From Candidatus Hermodarchaeota archaeon (lineage in GTDB: Archaea > Asgardarchaeota > Thorarchaeia > Thorarchaeales > Thorarchaeaceae), in the NCBI GenBank assembly GCA_048885865.1, contig JBHLLF010000003.1, positions 107,477 to 171,476 of the forward strand: 64,000 nt of DNA. Direction: 5' to 3'. Shown in pieces: positions 9,752 through 18,126 of this stretch. Under the pieces are notes generated by a model. The model did not search any database. It was given only the letters and a program-made list of their open reading frames with translations, and had not been told where the DNA came from. Numbering within the stretch: the stretch's first letter is position 1; every line of letters begins with the position of its first letter. The position numbers and the translations under genes are program-made.

Positions 9752-10735
9752 ATGGAGCCCGATGGAGTGACTGTAGGACTGAATGATGGGCAGAGCCAGA
9801 GTCAAATAAAGCTGGTCAGAGGCTGTCCATGCTACAAGGTCTTCGGTGATGAGAAGCTTTGTGTCAATGATGACAAGGTCCTCGAAGTTGAGGCCATCGA
9901 GATAGATCCCATGCTCTTTTCGTATCATAAGACCAGAGAGAGCATGAAGGCCGAAGAGGCCATGGATGACAATGTATGCTATACAGCAATCTTCGTCAAC
10001 CATCCGGACAATAGGGTTTTTTGTATCTCTCAAGGGTGGGTTCTTAGAATCCATGGAAGGAATGTTCCGGGCGACGACTTGGAAGATGCATTGCAGTTCC
10101 TTTCGACGAAGGACCTCTCAGCGAGTGCCGAGATATGTTCCGAATGCCTCTACAAATTCCTACTCACCCTTTCGGACAAATTTGCAGACACGATGTCAAA
10201 GAAGGAGAAGACTGACGAAGTAAAGCGCTATGTTGACAAGTTTTCGCTCATGATAGCTGTAAAAGCGAGCCAAACTGACAAGATGATGGAGCCGATAGGA
10301 ACTGAGGATGATATTGAGGAAGGTGTCGATCACTTCGAATTCCTTAGGAAGTACCTTGTGCAGCTCCTTGAACAGCAGCAGTCCTGGACCGAGCTTTTGA
10401 GCGAGTTCTCTGATGAAACAGATATTTGGCTACGAAACATTGTAGAGATGAGAGTCCGCCTAGCTAGACTGGAGTATCAATTCTACAGTCAGACACTACA
10501 GATAAGAGACATAAACGACTTCAATATGCTAATCAAAATGCTCCAGTTCATACTCAAGACATCCAGCGACATTCTGAATCTGAATGATGAAATTCATTCG
10601 GAGATACGATCCAAGAAATTCTGCAAGGAAGCCGAGTCAGACTCCAGATTAGATATTCTGGCATCCTATGGGGACAAGAGTAGAACAGTTGAGCACAACT
10701 TCGGGAATATTCTTCAAATCCTCAGCAAGCTGTGA
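9752..10735 (+). CDS. Uncharacterised Cys-rich protein, paralog B
   Basis: Same Cys pattern, plus DPM and ALQF motifs, as 8722..9693. Confidence 0.78.
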   Translation: MEPDGVTVGLNDGQSQSQIKLVRGCPCYKVFGDEKLCVNDDKVLEVEAIEIDPMLFSYHKTRESMKAEEAMDDNVCYTAIFVNHPDNRVFCISQGWVLRIHGRNVPGDDLEDALQFLSTKDLSASAEICSECLYKFLLTLSDKFADTMSKKEKTDEVKRYVDKFSLMIAVKASQTDKMMEPIGTEDDIEEGVDHFEFLRKYLVQLLEQQQSWTELLSEFSDETDIWLRNIVEMRVRLARLEYQFYSQTLQIRDINDFNMLIKMLQFILKTSSDILNLNDEIHSEIRSKKFCKEAESDSRLDILASYGDKSRTVEHNFGNILQILSKL

Positions 10736-10755
10736 TTCTGCATTTCCATGCAATA

Positions 10756-11706
10756 CTACTTGAGTGCGCCGAAGGTTTCCACAAGCCAGTTTAGGTATAG
10801 CTTCACTCCTTGCTTCAGAGAGACCTCTTGTTTCCAGCCAGCTTTTCGTAGCAATCCAACATCTAGGTCAGTAAGCAGCACATCTCCGGACCAACCACGT
10901 TCAGATCCGGTGTAGTGGATTTCAACCTCGGTTTCAGTGAGCTCTTCAGCAACCAGCTCAGCAATTTCTCTAACCTTTAGTCGTTCTCCTGAACCCACGT
11001 TGACTGGTGTGTACCCCGAACTCAAATTCTCAGCTAATGTGACAGTCGCATTGATAGCATCTGTCACATACATGTAGGATTTCTCTTGAAGGCCAGTTCC
11101 TAGGACTTCGAGTCGATTCGGATTCTCCTTTAGTTTCTCATAGAAATCAAAAATCACGCCATGAGTCAGTCGGGGTCCAATTATGTTTGCCAGTCTTAGA
11201 CTTACGGAATCAAATCCATACAATTCCGAATACGATGAGAGATACATTTCAACGGCACACTTTGCTGCCCCATAATTGCTGATGGGCTTGAGCGGGGTTG
11301 ATTCAGGTGTAGGCAGAATTTCTGAATCACCGTATACAGTCCCTCCAGAGGATGCAAACACAATTTCGGTAACATCATTCATTCTCATAGCCTCCATTAT
11401 CTGGAGACTTCCTTGCACATTTATCCCGAAATCCAATAGCGGTTGAGCTATGCTGAGCCTTACGTCTGGCTGTGCGGCAAAATGATAGACAATGTCAACA
11501 CCATTCATTACTTGGGATATATCATCCTCAGAGGTGATTGAGCCATTCACAAACAGGAACTTGACGTTGTCTTCGTGTTGCCGAAGGTTATTCATGAGCC
11601 CACTTGAAAGGTCATCTAGCACAACCACCTCGTTTTCTATCAATAGACGATCAACGAGATGGCTTCCAAGAAAGCCAGCTCCACCAGTCACCAGTATTCT
11701 TGCCAT
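10756..11706 (-). CDS. NAD-dependent epimerase/dehydratase (UDP-glucose 4-epimerase-like)
   Basis: 'VTGGAGFLGSH', 'ASSGGTVYG', YxxxK 'YGAAK'. Confidence 0.9.
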   Translation of the reverse strand: MARILVTGGAGFLGSHLVDRLLIENEVVVLDDLSSGLMNNLRQHEDNVKFLFVNGSITSEDDISQVMNGVDIVYHFAAQPDVRLSIAQPLLDFGINVQGSLQIMEAMRMNDVTEIVFASSGGTVYGDSEILPTPESTPLKPISNYGAAKCAVEMYLSSYSELYGFDSVSLRLANIIGPRLTHGVIFDFYEKLKENPNRLEVLGTGLQEKSYMYVTDAINATVTLAENLSSGYTPVNVGSGERLKVREIAELVAEELTETEVEIHYTGSERGWSGDVLLTDLDVGLLRKAGWKQEVSLKQGVKLYLNWLVETFGALK

Positions 11707-11748
11707 TGCATTCAGTCCGCAAGTTCTTAACTTTGGCATTAAGTTTTG

Positions 11749-12324
11749 CTAGGTCGTGAAACGTGTATCGGAAAGGATGGTTTCAATCAGCAACAAAGCA
11801 CTGGGAGTTTCTTGATTTTCATTCCATTCTGATACGAATTCGCGGTATAACGATAATTCTCTCAAGATGTCGAATGATATATCCTCAAGTTCGTCAATTC
11901 CAATTTCAGTTCCCGCACCCAAGCCCGGACAAATCTCTTTCACTGCGCTCAAGCCCCACGTAGTTTCGCCCTCTTTCTCTTGAAACACAAAAGGAAATGA
12001 CCTGCAGACTCCAGGTCTAAACTGATGAATCATGCATAGATCGTCTGACAAGAATATACATTCATTATTTTCCATTTTGCGGAGAGCCATATACGCCGCT
12101 CCATGTTCAGTGTTCACAGAAGGTATATCCCTCATACCTACGGGCGGGTTACCACCATTTTCTGGTAGCAAATAGAAGTCCAATGCACGAAGTGTCTCGG
12201 ATGCAGACATACCCAAGAAGAGTGATAGTCGGACTATGTCATTGCCGGTGACAGTCACTAGAAGCTCCTCCTCCCTACAACAGGCTCCGCATTTTGTACA
12301 CTCGAAATGGACCTTAGTTCCCAG
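11749..12324 (-). CDS. YkgJ-family cysteine-cluster (Zn/Fe-chelating) protein; probable CTG start
   Basis: The frame extends upstream of 12258 to give FECTKCGACCR; also CIFL...CMIH..RP.VCRSFPF...CPG. CTG at 12324 lies 6 nt after GAGGTGG, with an in-frame TAG shortly upstream. Confidence 0.85.
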   Translation of the reverse strand: MGTKVHFECTKCGACCREEELLVTVTGNDIVRLSLFLGMSASETLRALDFYLLPENGGNPPVGMRDIPSVNTEHGAAYMALRKMENNECIFLSDDLCMIHQFRPGVCRSFPFVFQEKEGETTWGLSAVKEICPGLGAGTEIGIDELEDISFDILRELSLYREFVSEWNENQETPSALLLIETILSDTRFTT

Positions 12325-12383
12325 ATTTAGCCACCTCTCTCTGCACTAACAATCTCGCCTCTTAAAGGAAGGCAAAGCACAAA

Positions 12384-13550
12384 TCAGCTTAATGAAGGTA
12401 GAAATGCCTCTAGCGAATCCAACCCCTGCTCTATTGTTTCTTGAGACGCGGCATAACAGAACCGCAGATAACCGTCAAACGCTCTTCCAAATACCGAACC
12501 AGAAGCAGTGGAAACGCCTGCTTTCATAAGAAGCAACTCGGCGATTGTATTGCTGCTTAGACCATAGGCACTGAAGTCTGGAAATGCGTAGAAAGCACCT
12601 TCTGGCATTTCGCACTCGACATCTTCTATATCGCGAAGCCGCTCGACCATATAGTTCCGACGAGCTTCGTAAGCTTCCCGCATTTTAGTGATATGACTCT
12701 GGTCACTCTCTAATGCCACAGCGCCCGCATATTGCACAAATGATGTAGGACATGAAGTAGTGTTCTGTTGTATCCGCACCATATTCCCGATTGTTTCAGG
12801 ATTCCCGATTGCATATCCGAGGCGCCAACCAGTCATACTGTAGGCCTTGGAGAATCCACTAATTACAAGTGTATGCTCCATGGCTGGATCCACCTCAAGC
12901 ATGGATGATTGCTTAAAGCCATCATAAACAAGCGACTCGTAAATCTCATCACTGAACACGACAAAATCGTAGTCTGTGGCAAGTTCATAGATGAGCTTCA
13001 GGTGGTCCTTGGAAAGAACTCCCCCAGATGGATTATTGGGGGTATTGATGATGATGGCTGTTACGCTCTTGTTGACACTGCACTTCAGTGCTTCTTCATC
13101 CAGTTTATACCCAGGCAAAGTTGAAACATCCCTTGGTTTCCCACCTGCCATTCGGACTAGCACGCGATACGTGGGCCAAGCAGGAGATAGAAGGAGCACA
13201 TCATCACCTGCATCAAGCGTGCTCAGAAAGCCCTTGAATAGAGCCATCTTTGCTCCAGGAGTCACTATCACATCTTTTCGCCCATCGATTTCAATGCCTC
13301 GAGTTGCATAATGATTCTGGATAGCATCAAGTAGTTGCGGTATCCCCCGAGATGAGGTATATTTTGTGAGGCCTTTGCTTAGAGCAGTATTTGCCGCTTC
13401 CACGATATGGGGAGGGGTGGGGAAATCTGGCTGTCCCACTTCGAAATGGTATACGGTCTTCCCCTTGGCTTCCAATCGGGAAGCCAGCTCAAACATCTTC
13501 AGGGTTCCAGAAGGCGGTATTCGTTCCATATGATGGCTTGTCCAGTCCAT
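12384..13550 (-). CDS. PLP-dependent class I/II aminotransferase (aspartate aminotransferase-like)
   Basis: 'GQPDF', 'NTPNNPSG', 'SDEIYE', 'SKAYSMTGWRLG'. Confidence 0.92.
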   Translation of the reverse strand: MDWTSHHMERIPPSGTLKMFELASRLEAKGKTVYHFEVGQPDFPTPPHIVEAANTALSKGLTKYTSSRGIPQLLDAIQNHYATRGIEIDGRKDVIVTPGAKMALFKGFLSTLDAGDDVLLLSPAWPTYRVLVRMAGGKPRDVSTLPGYKLDEEALKCSVNKSVTAIIINTPNNPSGGVLSKDHLKLIYELATDYDFVVFSDEIYESLVYDGFKQSSMLEVDPAMEHTLVISGFSKAYSMTGWRLGYAIGNPETIGNMVRIQQNTTSCPTSFVQYAGAVALESDQSHITKMREAYEARRNYMVERLRDIEDVECEMPEGAFYAFPDFSAYGLSSNTIAELLLMKAGVSTASGSVFGRAFDGYLRFCYAASQETIEQGLDSLEAFLPSLS

Positions 13551-13646
13551 ACGTCATGCCTCACCTTTATCTTCACGACACTCAGTCGAGAGCGTCCAGA
13601 GAAATGCGCGCTGGCTTCTAGAACTAATATTACTTCCGGCGTGATA

Positions 13647-14474
13647 CTATAGAATCATTCGCTCCGACAGAATGTGCTTCTGATGTTCTGTGCCTCTGAC
13701 TTCGATCCGATCAAGAAGCGCCTCGCCAAGGCCTAGGTCATAAGCATGTTTGAGATAAGGCACCTTCATCGAGTCTAAACCAAATAGACCAGCACAGTAA
13801 GAGTCCACCGCAACTGGATCTACACCGACGACTACGCCACCAACTTTCATGCTTCGTCCAGTACGCCTCTTCCCTATTACAACCTCAGACAGGTCTATGA
13901 CTGTCAAATTCGGACGAAATGCGCTCAGAAGATCAAGCAAGACAGATTCTAGGTGAGAATGTAGTTCCTGCTTTTCCACCTCTGGCAACAGACCAAAGAG
14001 ATTCTTTATCCCGCCCCAAATCAAGCCTTCATCCGGGCGAAATTTGAGGGTCGCGACATTAACGAGAAAAAGGGGATCTTTGAGTGCTTGAGGCATTTTG
14101 TGAGGTGTGGAGAAGTGATGACCTGGCATAGCAATTGGTTCGAGTGTATCAAGTGAAAGATTGAACAGCTTAACACTCTCGGTAGCAAGATCCCTGTATC
14201 CGAGTTTCGAGTAGGCATCCTCAACAGTCCTGTATGGATTATTACTCTCTACGAGTAGCACCTCAGTATTGTTCTCAAAAAGGCCAACGACTGCTCTTAT
14301 CACTTCAAGGGAAGTATTTCCTGGAAATTCCGGATCAAGAATTGAGGGCTTTATAACAACGCGTGTTTCAGTCCCTGTAATGGGTAGGGGTTGCGTTAGC
14401 TTTGACAGAGCAGTTGCAAGAGCTTGGCGCGGATTCTTCTTTACAGCTATTGCGACTTCTGCTGAAGTGCCCAT
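13647..14474 (-). CDS. DUF362-domain protein
   Basis: 'VVIKP', 'GIKNLFGL', 'DPVAVD', 'YLKHAYDLGLG'. Confidence 0.75.
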   Translation of the reverse strand: MGTSAEVAIAVKKNPRQALATALSKLTQPLPITGTETRVVIKPSILDPEFPGNTSLEVIRAVVGLFENNTEVLLVESNNPYRTVEDAYSKLGYRDLATESVKLFNLSLDTLEPIAMPGHHFSTPHKMPQALKDPLFLVNVATLKFRPDEGLIWGGIKNLFGLLPEVEKQELHSHLESVLLDLLSAFRPNLTVIDLSEVVIGKRRTGRSMKVGGVVVGVDPVAVDSYCAGLFGLDSMKVPYLKHAYDLGLGEALLDRIEVRGTEHQKHILSERMIL

Positions 14475-14530
14475 AGGTTTGACGTGGAGTCCAAGGCTTT
14501 AAGTGAGTCTATCCGTAGGACTGATTGAAA

Positions 14531-15292
14531 ATGAGCCTCAGACCAGACCAGCTTGAAAGGTACTCTAGAAACCTCAAGTTACATGATTTCAGCGAGAAGG
14601 ACCAGCTAGCGCTGGGAAACACCGTAGTATCTATGGCTGGTGCCGGGGGAATTGGCAGCCCAGTGCTAAGACTCTTGGCTTCAATGGGATTTGGTGTGGT
14701 ACGCATAATTGATGCAGACGCAGTCGAGCTATCCAATATCCAGCGACAGAATCTCTACAACACTGATGACATTGGGAACAAGAAGGCTGAGTGTGCTGCA
14801 GCGAATCTTGCTCTCCTTAATCCCGAAGCGGAATTCATTCCCATAGTGGAGCAAATTGATCATAGAAATGCCGAGGATATCCTACAAGGATCAAATCTCA
14901 TTTTGGATGGATTGGACTCCTTTGAAGCGCGTCGTGCTGTTAACGAAGTCAGTGTGAAAAGGGGAATACCATATGTTTTTGCAGGAGCGGTTGAGTATTT
15001 TGCCAATCTATCCACCTTTATACCAGGTATTACCGGTTGCCTAAACTGCGTAATGGGGGAAGCGAAAGACCATCCAGATAGAACCGCAGCTGCAATTGGT
15101 GTATCGCCTGAGCTGCTCTCAGTGGTGGCCGGAATAGAAGTGAGAGAAGCAGTGCTTCTGGCTCTCCAACGTGAACCAAATCTGGCAAGAAAGCTCATGA
15201 CAATAGACATTAGCTCCTTGAGCTTTGATATCTTCGAGATCACTAGATCTGAAACATGCAGTGTCTGTGGTCAATCAAGTGCCAAAGAATAG
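14531..15292 (+). CDS. ThiF/MoeB/HesA (E1-like) adenylyltransferase
   Basis: 'RYSRNL', 'GAGGIGS', 'DADAVELSNIQRQ', two CxxC (CLNC, CSVC). Confidence 0.9.
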   Translation: MSLRPDQLERYSRNLKLHDFSEKDQLALGNTVVSMAGAGGIGSPVLRLLASMGFGVVRIIDADAVELSNIQRQNLYNTDDIGNKKAECAAANLALLNPEAEFIPIVEQIDHRNAEDILQGSNLILDGLDSFEARRAVNEVSVKRGIPYVFAGAVEYFANLSTFIPGITGCLNCVMGEAKDHPDRTAAAIGVSPELLSVVAGIEVREAVLLALQREPNLARKLMTIDISSLSFDIFEITRSETCSVCGQSSAKE

Positions 15293-16213
15293 ACGCCTGG
15301 CTCTCCTTCTGCGCTCTTCCTCAGTTTCATCGGTTTCTGGAGGCGGGGGCGGCGGCGGAGGCTTCACCGTCGGAGGATCTTCCGACTCTTCAGGGGCCTC
15401 TTCATCTTCAGCATCTGTCGAGGCAGATTCATCATCTTCATACTCGTCTTGAAGTGGCGGCTCGTCATATGGACTCCATAATTCACGCCTAGGTGCGGCC
15501 ACTGACTGGGATTCTTCAGCGCTTGGAGGCGACTCTAAAATCTCTAAGACATCATCATAGGTTTCGACTTCTAGGTCTTCATCCTCCGGAGGCATTAGCT
15601 CGTCATCGTCTGCTTCAGCCAACACCGCCCTCATGACGTCTTCCGGCGTGGAGGGCACTGCCTTTTTGCCATCTTCCTTGTCGATTATAGGAGCTGGTTC
15701 ATCCAACGGAAAGTCAGCAAGGAAGTCTCGTTTTACTCCCTCAAATGCGAGCTCATCTTCTGACATGGATTCCTCTGCACCTACAAATGTTTCAACCTCA
15801 TCTATGGAAACTGGTTCGGAGGGTGGCATCTCAGGTTCATCTCTGATCACTTCTAAAGTATCAGGTTCACCTGTTGGCTCCATGGTAACCAGTTCCTCAT
15901 CGATTTCTGATATATCTTCAACCTCTGGCTCGACGTCTGGGATTGGTTCCTCGAAATGCGCTGGTTCTTCGATTTCTCGTGGCTCATCTACCTCAGGATC
16001 ATCTGAACCATACTTCATTCCCAGCTCCTTGCCTAGGCAGGACTCACATCGTTTTGCCGCAGCTACCAATCCCTCAGCTAAGAAATCATCAATAGTCTTG
16101 GCTTCCTTTGGATGCTTTCGCGCCCACCGCAGAAATGAATCTACCATTCGAAGTGCATCACGGACGCCCATCCAGTAATTGTCATCTCTTTCCTCTGAGG
16201 ACACATGTGCCAC
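15275..16213 (-). CDS. Hypothetical highly acidic, mostly low-complexity protein with a CxxC-containing N-domain and a C-terminal P8 tract
   Basis: Ordered-looking N-terminal ~70 aa (CESC), long E/D/P-rich region, end 'KPPPPPPPPETDETEEERRRRARRLFFGT'. Confidence 0.7.
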   Translation of the reverse strand: MAHVSSEERDDNYWMGVRDALRMVDSFLRWARKHPKEAKTIDDFLAEGLVAAAKRCESCLGKELGMKYGSDDPEVDEPREIEEPAHFEEPIPDVEPEVEDISEIDEELVTMEPTGEPDTLEVIRDEPEMPPSEPVSIDEVETFVGAEESMSEDELAFEGVKRDFLADFPLDEPAPIIDKEDGKKAVPSTPEDVMRAVLAEADDDELMPPEDEDLEVETYDDVLEILESPPSAEESQSVAAPRRELWSPYDEPPLQDEYEDDESASTDAEDEEAPEESEDPPTVKPPPPPPPPETDETEEERRRRARRLFFGT

Positions 16214-16278
16214 CTACTTGCTTCAGTTATTAAAACGGAATAAAGGCTTTGTATCATACAGCAGTTACATTTCACACC

Positions 16279-16737
16279 TTATTCTTGTGTTGAGAGGGCA
16301 AGAATCTCTTCCATCAGTTCATCAAGTAGGTTTTGGATCTCTGTTCTTTTGAATTCATCAATATCTGAGCCTACACAGATGACTCTTGTGGGAATGCCTT
16401 CACCTAGATTCTCACGAATTTCGTTCCTATACATCGTTTCGATTTCAGGATCAGCATCTTTCAAGACGATGATAACACCAGTTGCCCCTTTGTAAGTAAG
16501 CGATAACAGGATATCAAGTGCAGAATGCTTTGGAGACATGAAGAGTGTGGATACATCCGAATCCTCCCACTCCATCTTTACAGCTCCTATGCGAATGCCA
16601 TCGACAGACATCACTTGTTCGTTGAACACGCCCAAGACCTGCTCCAACAGTCCATCCTCAGGACCAACTACTGTTACTTTGAAGAGATAGCGCGACTTCT
16701 CTTTCTTTTTCTTCGTTGATTTCTTCTTAGGTGACAT
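16279..16737 (-). CDS. Degenerate Ras/Rab-superfamily-like protein lacking the P-loop GKS/T
   Basis: 'YLFKVTVVG' and 'YKGATGVIIV' echo Rab beta1 and 'YYRGAxGxxxV'; G1, G3 and G4 motifs absent. Confidence 0.55.
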   Translation of the reverse strand: MSPKKKSTKKKKEKSRYLFKVTVVGPEDGLLEQVLGVFNEQVMSVDGIRIGAVKMEWEDSDVSTLFMSPKHSALDILLSLTYKGATGVIIVLKDADPEIETMYRNEIRENLGEGIPTRVICVGSDIDEFKRTEIQNLLDELMEEILALSTQE

Positions 16738-16895
16738 TCCGGCACCCCTCGTTATTGTTGAGTATATGGCGTGACTCAACAAACACTGATTTCTGACAGC
16801 CCCTTGATTGATATGTGTTGTGTGAACTTAGAATCTCTAAGAGGCGTATAGATTCTTAAGCCCCGTATAGGGGATTGCATATTGAGGCGATATCG

Positions 16896-17243
16896 ATGGC
16901 ATCAGTTGCAGAGGTCTTCGAGGCCTTGAAACCTGTTCAGGACCCAGAACATCCCATTAGTATAACAGATCCCAGAATGGCCATTGTCAAAGAGGAATAC
17001 ATATCCATAACAGAAGAGGGAATTCAAGTCAAATTCAAGCCAACTGTTCCCCATTGTCCGATGGGAGGGCTAATTGGAATCTTGATACGCCATCACCTTG
17101 AAGAAATATATCCGGAAAGTGCTGTTTCTGTTAAGGTGCTACCAGGTTCGCACTCAAGAGAGCAGGAAGTCAATTCGATGATATCGGATGACGCAAAGTA
17201 TACTGCAATCGTCCAGCAATTGAAGGAACGCGGAATGCTCTAG
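16896..17243 (+). CDS. DUF59 / MIP18-CIA2 (FAM96)-like Fe-S assembly protein
   Basis: 'VQDPEHP', 'FKPTVPHCPMGGLIG', 'PGSHSREQEVNSMISD'. Confidence 0.8.
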   Translation: MASVAEVFEALKPVQDPEHPISITDPRMAIVKEEYISITEEGIQVKFKPTVPHCPMGGLIGILIRHHLEEIYPESAVSVKVLPGSHSREQEVNSMISDDAKYTAIVQQLKERGML

Positions 17244-17264
17244 AATATCGAGCATCCTTTTAGT

Positions 17265-17639
17265 GTGGGATGGATTTTGCGAGTGTCAGAAAGACTCATC
17301 ATTCTTGGATTGGTCCTAGCGCTCATAGGATTTCTTGTCATTGCGATCACAAGTTCATCCACCGAAGTTGGTTTTGTCTTTGTTTTCCCATTCTTCTTCA
17401 TTGGTGATGTGTCTGAACCATTCATGGCCCCAATTTTAGTATCTATGCTCCTGATGTTCATGATATTGTTCTTCTGGCTTCTAAGAGCTAGCAGTTACAA
17501 AGAGATTGAGAAATATGTGAAGATAGCGTCTCTATGCGAATACTGTAGCAATCCCATTCCCAGTGGCTCCGCCTTCTGTCCCTCATGCGGACGGCCTCTT
17601 AGAGAAGAGACAGCAGATAGCGATGAGCGGATGTATTAA
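17265..17639 (+). CDS. Small membrane protein with a C-terminal zinc ribbon
   Basis: Hydrophobic segments ('GFVFVFPFFFIG') followed by CEYC...FCPSCG. Confidence 0.7.
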   Translation: MGWILRVSERLIILGLVLALIGFLVIAITSSSTEVGFVFVFPFFFIGDVSEPFMAPILVSMLLMFMILFFWLLRASSYKEIEKYVKIASLCEYCSNPIPSGSAFCPSCGRPLREETADSDERMY

Positions 17640-17654
17640 TGGAGGCCTTCTAGG

Positions 17655-18125
17655 ATGAGTCGAAATCTGATTAGAGTTGTCACCAGAGATGATGTGCCAG
17701 ATATCATCGCAATAGAAAGAACAAGCTTCCCGAAACCTTGGGATGATGATATCTTCCGCATCTTGGGAGCTTGGCGAGGCCGAGTTCGGACCCAAAAAGG
17801 AAAGACTGTCTTCATGTATGTGATTGAGGAAGATGGTGAATTGGCCGGATACATCGTCTGGGAAGAGGACGTCCAGTTAGAAGAAAGCCACCTTCTCAAT
17901 ATAGCAATTCGCCGAGAAAGCAGACGTAGGGGACTAGGAAGAGAACTCCTAGACTACGCCTTTAGCATGATGCGTGAACGCAAAATGGCATCATGTCGAT
18001 TGGAAGTGAGAGCGAGCAACACACCTGCTCAAGCTCTGTACGCCAACGCAGGCATGTCTGTGCTATGCCGTGATGACCAATACTACGATGATGAAGACGC
18101 GCTTATCTATACAATTGGATTCTAG
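17655..18125 (+). CDS. RimI/Ard1-like N-acetyltransferase
   Basis: 'IERTSFPKPW', 'HLLNIAI...RRRGLG', 'LEVRASNTPAQALY', 'YYDDEDA'. Confidence 0.88.
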   Translation: MSRNLIRVVTRDDVPDIIAIERTSFPKPWDDDIFRILGAWRGRVRTQKGKTVFMYVIEEDGELAGYIVWEEDVQLEESHLLNIAIRRESRRRGLGRELLDYAFSMMRERKMASCRLEVRASNTPAQALYANAGMSVLCRDDQYYDDEDALIYTIGF

Positions 18126-18126
18126 C

